From: Octopus sinensis
Taxonomy: Eukaryota
Assembly (NCBI RefSeq): GCF_006345805.1
Contig: NC_043001.1
Span: 63,116,001-63,180,000 of the forward strand
Direction: 5' to 3'
DNA: 64,000 bases
Part shown: one piece after another, positions 53,602 to 64,000 of the stretch
Layout: the number at the start of each line of letters is the position of its first letter
Numbering within the stretch: the first letter of the stretch is position 1
Made by a program: the position numbers and the translations under genes
Notes under the pieces: model-generated
Database searches by the model: none
What the model saw: only the letters and a program-made list of their open reading frames with translations
What the model was told of the DNA's origin: nothing

Positions 53602-56600
53602 TCCTCCTTACTACGCTACCTAATTACGTTCTCTCATGACGATAACGAATGTCCACTGCTAACACCAGCTCCTGTCCACGGCGTGGACAGGTCGGAAGAG
53701 AGATCAAAAGAAAAATCCACGAAAACTATCACCACCAACAACCCTCCTCTTCTCAGGCGCTGAATTCCCCGCCTCCCCCCCACATCTCCTTCCCAGTTTT
53801 CAGAGTTGGCACTATCAATGTTGGTACATTGACAGGCAAGTCTAGTGAGATTGTAGAGATGCTAGAGAGAAGACAGGTTGATGTATGCTGCATACAAGAG
53901 GTAAGATGGAGAGGTGCTTCGGCTAGGGGCCTCACGGGCAAGGCACTTAGGTACAAACTCTTCTGGCAAGGTAACATGGAAGGTGTAGGGGGTGTAGGCA
54001 TTCTCCTTGCGGAGAAATGGGTGGATGAGGTCATAGAGGTTGTCAGGGTTTGCGATAGAGTGCTTAAGCTCAGGTTGGTCCTACAGAGTGGCACAGCTAT
54101 GATTATCTCCGCCTATGCCCCACAAGCGGGACTACCAAATGAAGGACAACTTTTATGATAGCCTTCTGCAAGCTACTTCAAAGACTAGTAGCAAGGACCT
54201 CATCTTTGTAGGTGGAGATTTTAATGGGCATGTTGGGCGGGAATCGGGTATCTTCACTGGGGTACATGGTGGCTATGGTATTGGCACCAGAAATGATGAG
54301 GGAACTAGACTGCTGGAATTCTGTGATGCATGTAACCTTACAATCTGCAACACTAACTTCAAGAAGCCAGTCTGCCACCTTATAACTTATCAGTCAGGAG
54401 GACTCCGCTAGCCAAATAGACTTCATCCTCACCAGACAGCAGGATGCAGGGTGCTCTTGAATACAAAGACCCTCCCGGGTGAAGAATGTACCTCAGCATA
54501 GACTAATCATCAGTGACTTTAAGCTTGAGGCCAGAAGGACTCCAAGAAACAACCAATCCAGAAAAGAAGGATTTGGAGGCTAAAGACCCCTTCACATGGT
54601 CAGAAATTTAGGGACTACTCATCAAGAAATTTGATGAGAGGGAGGAGGAGCTTCAGACGTCAGACATAGAAGGTAGCTGGGAATTCCTACGGGACAGCTT
54701 GCTGAGTGCCACAGACCGAGTCTGTGGATGGTGCAAAGTCCCTTCCAGACCTAGAATTACGTGGTGGTGGAATAGTGCAGTAGATAAAGCCATCTGTAAA
54801 AGAGACGGGCCTGGAAAGCCTGGAGGATGGGGGCAGCAGGGAACTGTACCAGATAGCCAAAAGGGAGGCTGGGCGGCAGGTATACATAGCCAAAGATGTA
54901 GCAGAAAAGAAGAAGTTTGCCAATGTCCAGCGACGCGAGGATCAAAGAGCTGAAGTATTTCGGATTGCCAGACAGTGTGTCAGAGAAAATAGTGATGTTA
55001 TAGGAGAGAAATGTGTCCGCATGGATGATGGGGCACTTGCTTTTACTGCTAGTGAAAAGAAAGAGGCTTGGAGAAGCCATTATGAAAGACTGCTGAATGA
55101 GGAGAATGAATGGGAGGAGGAGAGCCTGCCAAATGTTGACCCAGTAGAGGGACCAGCTACCCGAATAGACAGCTCCCTTGTAGATAAGGCAATTAAGGAT
55201 ATGAAACCAGGCAAAGCCCCTGGCCTATCAGGAATCACTGCTGAGATGCTTAAAACAGCTGGCTATGTGGGCTATACCATAGTCACCCGCATTGTAAACC
55301 AGGTAGTTCACAATGGAGTCATACCCAATGACTGGTGCAGCAGCACCATAGTCAACTGCTACAAGGGTAAGGGTGATGCTCTAGATAGAAATAACTACAG
55401 AGGTATCAAACTGTTGGACCAGGTGATGAAGGTCTCAGAGAAGGTCATAACCCATCTCATTAGGGAGAGAATTTGTTTAGATGAAATGCAGTTCGGTTTT
55501 GTACCAGGTAGAAGCACCACTGATGCTATATTCCTGGTCCGACAACTGCAGGAGAAGTACCTAGCTAAAGATAAACCCCTCTACATAGCTTTTGTAGACT
55601 TGGAGAAAGCCTTTGACAGGGTTCCCCGTTCCCTCATCTGGTGGTCGATGCGGAAACTGGAGATTGAAGAATGGCTAATAAGGGCTGTACAGGCTCTATA
55701 CAGAGAGGCTGTCAGCAAGGTCAGGATTGGCAATGAATATAGTGAAGAATTCCGGGTAGAAGTAGGTGTGCACCAGGGCTCAGCCCTCAGTCCCCTTTTA
55801 TTCATCATAGTCCTTCAGGCAATAACAGAGGAATTCAAAACGGGATGCCCCTGGGAGCTCCTCTATGCCGATGACCTAGCTCTCATAGCAGAATCACTAC
55901 CGGAACTAGAAGAGAAATTTCGGGTGTGGAAGCAAGGGTTGGAATCAAAGGGCCTTAGAATAAATGTAGCAAAGACCAAAGTATTAGTAAGCAGCAAGAG
56001 GTACTCAGCAACACACCCCCTCGGGTAGGTGGCCCTGCTCAATCTGTAGGAAAGGTACAGGTAGAAACTCCATAAGATGCATCCAATGTAAGTTATGGAC
56101 ACATAAGAGGTGCAGCAACATTAAAGGGAAATTAACAGATAAGATAGCTTTCATGTGCGGCAGATGCACAGGGACAATAGACACAACAGACACTCAGAAA
56201 ACAGATTCCATCACACTCCAGGGAGAGAAACTAGAAGTAGTTGATAGTTTCCGCTACCTGGGTGACCAAGTTAGTAGCGGAGGTGGATGCACAGAGAGTA
56301 TCACCACTAGAATACGAATAGCCTGGGCAAAGTTCAGAAAGCTCCTACCCCTACTGGCAGCAAAAGGTCTCTCCCTCAGAGCGAAAGGTAGATTGTATGA
56401 TGCATGTGTGCGAACTGCCATGCTTCACAGTAATGAAACATGGGCTGTGACTGCAGAGGACATGCGTAGACTTGAAAGAAATGAAGCTAGCATGATCCGC
56501 TGGATGTGTAGTGTCAGTGTGCACGCAAGACAGAGTGTAAGCATCCTAAGAGAAATGCTGGATATAAGAAGCATCAGATGTGGTGTGCAAGAGCGACGCT

Positions 56601-57130
56601 TGCGATGGTATGGTCATGTGCTGCGGATGGATGAAGAGAGATGTGTGAAGAAGTGCCACTCCCAAACAGTTGAAGGTATCAGGGGGAGAGGTAGACCCAG
56701 GAAGACATGGGATGAGGTAGTCAAGCATGACCTCAGAGCATTGGGCCTCACTGAGGCAATGGCGAAGGACCGAGATCTCTGGAGATATGCTGTGACTGCA
56801 AAGACCCGGGCTGCTTTCTGCAGCAATTCCACATACCCCCTACCCATTCAAAGTACCCCGGACCCAGTTGCCCCGTGCCGCTGGCACGTTAAAAGCTCGA
56901 ACCGATCGTGACCGATGCCGGACCCCCCGGCCCCTGTGCAGGTGGCACGTAAAAAGCACCCAATCCACTCACGGAGTGGTTGGCGTTAGGAAGGGCATCC
57001 AGCCGTAGAAACTCTGCCAAATCAGACTGGAGCCTGGAGCGGCCCCTGGCTTCCCAGACCCCGCTCGAACCGTCCAACCCGTGCTAGCACGGAAAACGGA
57101 CGTTAAACGATGATGATGATGATGATGATG
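53602..57130 (+). mobile_element. Near full-length RTE LINE (APE endonuclease, RT with PHD-like insert), several frameshifts
   Basis: GTINVGTL, CCIQEVRW, GDFNGHVG, NYRGIKLL, FVDLEKAFDRV, GVHQGSALSP, YADD, RLRWYGHV, GRGRPRKTW; (GAT)n tail. Confidence 0.93.
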
Positions 57131-57156
57131 ATATATATATATAAATATATATATAT

Positions 57157-57188
<32 letters not shown>

Positions 57189-57200
57189 CATAAACATATA

Positions 57201-57580
57201 TCTCTCTCTATATAAACGGCAGTTTGTCTGTGCGTTTTCTGTGTGTTTCTGTTTCTCGTACCCTCACTCTGACCATGGCTTTCAACCGATTCTGATGAAA
57301 CTTGACACACACATAGCCCAATGTCATAATTCAAAACTACGCAGTGAAATTTGAAAAGTTCCCCCAGTTCTGAAAAAAATCGATAAATTCGACATGGGGT
57401 CGAGAATCAGAAACCCAAACCACAGACCGTCTAGGGGACGCAACTCCACCTTTTTTAACTCAAAAAAAATTTACCATCATTTTTTCCCCATTTTTTTTGC
57501 TATTTTTTGGCTATAACTCTCTAAAAATGCTTTATAGTTATTTCCCTTACAAACCTGAGCAACGCCGGGCGATACTGCTA

Positions 57581-57581
<1 letters not shown>
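57201..57581 (+). mobile_element. Non-autonomous Helitron
   Basis: A|TCTCTCTCTATATAAACGGC...GAGCAACGCCGGGCGATACTG-CTAG|T: TC start, CTAG end, A/T insertion site. Confidence 0.8.
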
Positions 57582-57624
<43 letters not shown>

Positions 57625-57657
57625 CATATACATATATATATATATATATATATACAT

Positions 57658-60536
57658 ATCATCATCATCATCATCATCATCATTTAACATCCGCTTTCCA
57701 TGCTAGCATGGGTTGGACGGTTCAACTGGGGTCTGGGGAGCCCGAAAGCTGCACCAGTCCAGTCAGATCTGGCAGTGTTTCTACAGCTGGATGCCCTTCC
57801 TAACGCCAACCACTCCGAGAGTGTAGTGGGTGATTTTATGTGCCACCGACACAGGTGCCAGACGAGGCTGGCAAACGGCCACGCTCGGATGGTGTTTTTT
57901 TTATGTGCCACTGACACAGGTGCCAGACGAGGCTGGCAGACGGCCACGCTCGGATGGTGTTTTTATGTGCCACCGACACAGGTGCCAGATGAGGCTGGTA
58001 AACGGCCACGATCGGATGGTGTTTGTTACGTGCCCACAGCACGGAGGCCAGTCGATGCGGTACTGGCTACGGCCACGTTCGGATGGTTTTCTTGTGTGCC
58101 ACGTGCCACCGGCACTGGTACCACAAAGATACAAATTCCATTGATGTTCATCTATTTTGATTTGTTTTGATTTTCACTTGCCTCAACAGGTCTTCACAAG
58201 TGTCACAAGAAGGAAGGTATGCACAGGTGAACTGACTACGTCCCAGGTAGGGGCCACAGGTTATGGCCTGACTAGTCTTGCCGGGTCTTCGGATGGTGTT
58301 TTTATGTGCCACCGACACAGGTGCCGATGAGGCTGGCGAACGGCCACGATCGGATGGTGTTTGTTACGTGCCCACAGCACGGAGGCCAGTCGGTGCGGTA
58401 CTGGCCACGGCCACGTTGGATGGTTTTCTTGTGTGCCACCGGCACTGGTACCACAAAGATACAATTCCATTAATGTTCATCTATTTTGATTTGTTTTGAT
58501 TTGATTTGATTTGTTTTGTTTTGATTTCATTTTGATTTTCACTTGCCTCAACAGGCCTTCACAAGTATCACAAGGAGGAAGGTATGCACAGGTGGACTGA
58601 CTACGTCCCAGGTAGGGGCCATGGGATATTGGCCTGACTAGTCTTGCCGGGTCTTCGGATGGTGTTTTTATGTGCCACCGACACAGGTGCTAGATGAGGC
58701 TGGCGAACGGCCATCGGATGGTGTTTGTTATGTGCCCACAGCACGATCGCCAGTCGATGCGGTACTGACTACGGCCACGTTTGGATGGATTTCTTGTGTG
58801 CCACAGGCACTGGTACCACAAAGATACAAATTCCATTGATGTTCATCTATTTTGATGATTTGATTTTGATTTTCACTTGCCTCAACAGGTCTTCACAAGT
58901 GTCACAAGAAGGAAGGTATGCACAGGTGGACTGACTAGTCTTGCTGGGTCTTCGGAAGGTGTTTTTATGTGCCACCGACACAGGTGCCAGATGAGGCTGG
59001 CGAACGGCCATGATCGGATGGTGTTTGTTACGTGCCCACAGCACGGAGGCCGGTCGATGCGGAACTGGCTACGGCCACGTTCGGATGGTTCTCTTGTGTG
59101 CCACGGCACTGGTACCACAAAGTGTGTGCCACCGGCACTGGTACCACAAAGATACAGATTCCATTGATGTTCATCTATTTTGATGTGTTTGATTTGATTT
59201 TGATTTTCACTTACCTCAACAGGTCTTCACAAGTGTCACAAGAAGGAAGGTATGCACAGGTGGACTGGCTACGTCCCAGGTAGGGGCATGGGTTATGGCC
59301 TGACTAGTCTTGCCGGGTCTTCGGATGGGTTTTTATGTGCCACCGACACAGGTGCTAGATGAGGCTGGCGAACGGCCACGATCGGATGGTGTTTGTCATG
59401 TGCCCACTGCACGGAGGCCAGTCGATGCGGTACTGGCTACGGCCACTTTCGGATGGTTTTCTCTTGTGTGCCACCGGCACTGGTACCACAAAGATACAAA
59501 TTCCATTGATGTTCATCTATTTTGATTTGTTTTGATTTGATTTTGATTTTCACTTGCCTCAACAGGCCTTCACAAGTATCACAAGGAGGAAGGTATGCAC
59601 AGGTGGACTGGCTACGTCCCAGGTAGGGGCCATGGGTTATGGCCTGACTAGTCTTGCCGAGTCTTCGGATGGTGTTTTTATGTGCCACCGACACAGGTGC
59701 TAGATGAGGCTGGCGAACGGCCACGATCGGATGGTGTTTGTTATGTGCCCACAGCACGATGGCCAGTGATGCGGTACTGACTACGGCCACGTTCGGATGG
59801 ATTCTTGTGTGCCACCGGCACTGGTACCACAAAGATACAAATTCCATTGATGTTCATCTATTTTGATTTGTTTTGATTTTCACTTGCCTCAACAGGTCTT
59901 CACAAGTGTCACAAGAAGGAAGGTATGTACAGGTGGACTGACTACGTCCCAGGTAGGGGCCACGGGTTATGACCTGACTAGTCTTGCCGGGTCTTCGGAT
60001 GGTGATTTTATGTGCCACCATGTTCCCACAGCACAGAGGCCAGTCAATGCGGTACTGGCTACGGCCAAGTTCGGATGGTTTTCTTGTGTGCCACAGGCAC
60101 TGGTACCACAAAGATACAAATTTCATTGATGTTCATCTATTTTGATTGATTTTCACTTGCCTCAGCAGGTCTTCACAAGTGTCACAAGAAGGAAGGTATG
60201 CACAGGTGGATCGACTACGTCCCAGGTAGGGGCCACGGGATGGCCTGACTAGTCCTGCCGGGTCCTCTCATGCACAGCACACTTCCATAGGACTCAGTCT
60301 TCAGTCATTTCCTTGGTGAGACCTAAAGTTCGAAGGTCGTGCTTCACCACCTCGTCCCAGGTTTTCCTGGGTCTACCTCTTCCACAGGTTCCTCAACTGC
60401 TAGGGTGTAGCACTTTTGCACACAACTATCTTCAGCCATTCTCGTCACATGACCATACCAGCGCAGCCGTCTCTCTTGCACACCACAACTGACACTTAGG
60501 TTCAACTTTCTCTCAAAGTACTTACACTCTGACGAT
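57658..60536 (-). mobile_element. RTE LINE 3' end with a tandemly amplified 3' UTR
   Basis: CGVQERRLRWYGHV coding end at 60344-60536; array; shared tail and (GAT)n at 57658-57830. Confidence 0.88.
57830..60265 (-). repeat. Higher-order tandem array: ~7 units of ~270-370 bp built from ~55-bp modules
   Basis: GTCTTCGGATGG-type junctions near 58286, 58652, 58950, 59320, 59663 and 59993. Confidence 0.92.
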
Positions 60537-60636
60537 NNNNNNNNNNNNNNNNNNNNNNNNNNNNNNNNNNNNNNNNNNNNNNNNNNNNNNNNNNNNNNNN
60601 NNNNNNNNNNNNNNNNNNNNNNNNNNNNNNNNNNNN
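60537..60636. other. Assembly gap (100 N)
   Basis: Run of Ns. Confidence 1.
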
Positions 60637-62622
60637 TTGAAACGGAAACTTCACTCAAACTTTCCTATGAGAAGGAGAGGGGAGAGAGAAGCCAGGGCCA
60701 TAGAGAATATTAAAACAAACTCTAAAGCCTTCTTTAAATTTGCGAAGAAACCACCTCGGTACACTGCAAGATTGGCCCACTCTTTGATAAAAGGGCTCTC
60801 TAACTGAGGACCCCCAAGGGATAAGTGAAATACTAAAGGAACAGTATAAAAGTGTGTTCACATCCCCTCTGGGGCACATGCAAATCACAAACCCAGAAGT
60901 TTTCTTTGATGCCACAACACTCCAAAACCAAACAACAACCATCGACCACATAGACATAACAGAGAGGGATGTAATATCTGCCATAGAAGAAATGAGAATA
61001 AACTCAGCTGCTGGACCTGATGGATTCCCAGCAGTCCTCCTAAAAACATGCAGGCATGCCCTAGCGGGACCACTGAAGAGCTTCCTTGGCTAACGGTAAA
61101 CTGCGCAGGGCGCTAAAAGAAGGCACCATATGCCCTATCCACAAAGGAGGGAGTAGAGCAGAGGCCAAAAACTACAGGCCAGTCTCCCTGACGTCACACA
61201 TAAGTAAGGTCATGGAACGAATCATCAGAAAAAAACTGATCACGTTCCTCGAAGAAACTAACCGTCTCACTGACACACAGCATGGCTTTCGCCCAGGAAG
61301 AAGCGCCTTACGCAGCTGTTACAACACTACGACTGGGTACTGAAAACTACTGGATCGCTCACAGGTGGATGTGGTATATCTCGACTTTGCGAAGGCTTTG
61401 AAAAAGTCGACCACGGAGTGATATGTCACAAATTACTCAGACTCGGCATAACAGGAAAGTAGGTGAGTGGATAATGACTTCCTGAGGACAGAAGCCAGAT
61501 GGTTGCAGCCAATGGAGCCCTCTCGGGAAGACACCAATAGCAAGCGGGGTGCCACAGGGCACAGTCTTGGGACCCTTGCTGTTTTTGGTGGCGCTCTCTG
61601 ACATGCCCTTGGTAGCACAAACAACATCCCTCACTAGCTATGCTGATGACACAAAGGTAGCACAGGCAATCAAAAAACCCAGCTGATGCTGACCTTTTAC
61701 AACAGATCTGGATGCCATATACAAATGGGCTGAAGACAACAACATGCAATTTAATGCTGGTAAATTTCAAGCCTTACAATATCAAGCTGTAAACACATAT
61801 ACATACAACACAACTATACTGGTCCAGGAGGGATCGAAATCCCAGTATCGAAATCAATACGGGACCTGGGGATAGACATGAGTGACGATGCATCTTTTCT
61901 TCACACATCGCGAAGGTGGCGACAATGTGCAGACGACTCACTGGCTGGATCCTGAGGACATTCCGGACAAGAGACTGCGAGACCATGTTGACACTATGGA
62001 GAACATAGCCGCCTGGACTACTGCTCCCAACTGTGGTCACCGCATAGTGTCAAACTAACCACAGAGCTTGAGACAATCCAAAGACATTTCACCAAGAGGA
62101 TTTCCACCATGAAAGAAAAGAAACTATTGGGAGAGGCTTAGGGAACTCAATTTGTACTCCTTGGAACGAAGACGAGAGAGATATGCAGTGATATACATAT
62201 GGAAAATCCTGGAGGGACTAGCACCAAATTTTGGAATTGAGAGCTGTTCCAATCCCCGTACAGGACGTCACTGTGTGGTGCCAAAGGTCCCGTCTTCCAC
62301 ATCCAGGGTAAGGAGCAGATACTGTAATAGCCTGGGGTTCAGGGGCCCTCAGCTGTTCAACAAACTGCCAAGAAAACTAAGAGATCTACATGATGCGGAT
62401 GTGGACATTTTCAAAAAACATCTAGACAAGCTGCTTTCCGGGATCCCAGATGAACCCACTGCAAGGTACGAAGGTAACCTAAGGGCAGCAGCTACAAACT
62501 CTCTCTTAGATCAGTGGCCAGCCACGGCAAACTGGACTTAGAGCTTAGAGAGGGTAGCAACAAGGGCGGTGCCCCAGCATGGCCTCGCGGAGGCTGCTGA
62601 AACAAGTAAAAGAGTAAAAGAG
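60637..62622 (+). mobile_element. CR1/L2-group LINE, 3' portion with intact tail
   Basis: NYRPVSLTSHISKVME, DFAKAF, YADDTK, YSLERRRERY; ends CTGAAACAAGTAAAAGAGTAAAAGAG. Confidence 0.88.
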
Positions 62623-62994
62623 TATACATATATATAATATATATATACATATGTATATATATAATATGTATATATATGCATATATATATGTATACATATA
62701 TATATATATATATACATATGTATAGATATGATATATATATGTATAAGATATATATATATAAGGTATAGATATATGTTATATATACATATGTATTACATAT
62801 ATATATATATATGTATATATATATGTATATATATACATATGTATATATATGTATATATATACATATGTATATATATGTATATATATATGTATACATATAT
62901 ATATATATGTTATATATATGTATATATATACATATGTATATATATGTATGTATATATATGTATATATATATATGTATACATATATATATATATA

Positions 62995-63053
<59 letters not shown>

Positions 63054-63064
63054 TGTATATATAT

Positions 63065-63095
<31 letters not shown>
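62623..63095. repeat. (TA)n/(TATG)n tract
   Basis: Read directly. Confidence 0.95.
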
Positions 63096-63096
<1 letters not shown>

Positions 63097-63162
63097 CTGC
63101 ATATCACACTGTGATTTCGTAATCAGTGCAGTTTTATACACTTTTCACTCCTCAGTGCAAGC
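63096..63162 (-). ncRNA. Type I hammerhead ribozyme, intact core
   Basis: UGCA-CUGAGGA (63155-63149); G10.1-C11.1; stem II AGUGUA/UGCACU; GAAA 63118-63115; AUCAC-AGU-GUGAU; AUA cut 63102/63101; stem I UGCA/UGCA. Confidence 0.88.
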
Positions 63163-63622
63163 ATAATTCAAGATATATAATGAATAAACAAAAACAACAT
63201 ACCAAGCGAACAGCTATCGTATCCAATGCAGCATGTAGGAATGTTTACCCCTTATACATCTATGTGAATGGCAGGCTTTTTCGAATTGCATTTCGGTAAC
63301 AATGTGGTTATTTGGAATAAAAATTCATTATTGAATATACTCCGGTTAAACTTACAATTAAAAAATAGGATAAAATCTTCATAAGAATTTATCAAGTAGT
63401 TAGCATGAAAAGCCTCATAAGAGAAAAAAAAAAACCATCAATTTTTTTTCTTTTAAATATATTTATTTATATTATATAGAGGGCATTATTACACATAAAT
63501 GCCACATGCTAGGAGGGACTTTTAAAGTCAAAACTACTAAAATAAATAAACACATCGTACGTAGTGAAACCAACTCTCGAAGCAAGTCATTTAAAAACAG
63601 AATTTAACTGCATATCACACTG
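63096..63622 (-). mobile_element. Retrozyme-like non-coding element, copy 2 (511-nt monomer, hammerhead at the 3' end)
   Basis: 15-nt direct repeat CTGCATATCACACTG at 63097 and 63608 spans the ribozyme cut site; body homologous to 52719-53193. Confidence 0.85.
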
Positions 63623-64000
63623 AGTGGGGTTCAAGAAAAGGATAGAAATATGAGGTTGAAGGGAAGGAAGATAAAAGAAAAGATTGAAAAGTGAAAAGAT
63701 AAGACAAACTAGGGGTCTGAAGTAAATGCTAGACACTGGTCAAGTAGTAAAAGGATAAAAGTTTGGATAGATAAAAAAAATTGGATAGCCTTTTGGTGCC
63801 AAAACATGAAGGAAGAGAGACAGAGTGGAGTATAGAAGGTTGGGGGGGGGAGCATGTAGGAAGAGAAAGAGGGGATTAAAGATAGACAGTGGGCAGTTGA
63901 CAGAAATGTACAGAGGAAGAAATGGAAGGTAGTAAAGAGAGAAAGGCAGCAGATAGGCAGAGAGAGAAAGAGAGAGGCAGATAGAAATAGATGGGGAAGA

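Noticed and set aside
53671-53691. Perfect hairpin CCTGTCCAC-GGC-GTGGACAGG near the RTE 5' end as part of an HDV-like ribozyme
   Set aside because: The hairpin is real, but I could not build the nested double pseudoknot by eye; needs an RNArobo/Infernal search.
57830-60265. Repeat-spacer appearance suggesting a CRISPR array
   Set aside because: Eukaryotic context, no cas genes, spacers repeat between units, and the array is the 3' UTR of an RTE LINE.

Overview
Eukaryotic, AT- and microsatellite-rich animal DNA. The SINE/RTE tails and TE mix suggest a cephalopod, probably octopus (inferred, not proven). One host gene is visible: four internal/3' exons of KRR1 on the minus strand (36833-41971); its upstream exons were not found in the window. 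The rest is nested mobile DNA: a young full-length Ty3/Gypsy LTR element (19439-25297) with a -1 frameshift pseudoknot plus decayed relatives, a Helitron whose Rep and helicase halves face opposite ways across a probable ~15.6-kb inversion, mariners, RTE and CR1/L2-group LINEs with their SINEs, and a Penelope-like element (PLE) carrying a hammerhead ribozyme. The top finding is a non-coding ~511-nt hammerhead-containing element present twice, in two different circular permutations (52719-53193 + and 63096-63622 -), both beside (TA)n and one ~140 bp from the PLE. This is the signature expected of a retrozyme-like circular-RNA retroelement mobilised by a PLE. All alignments and RNA folds were done by eye; no database searches were run.
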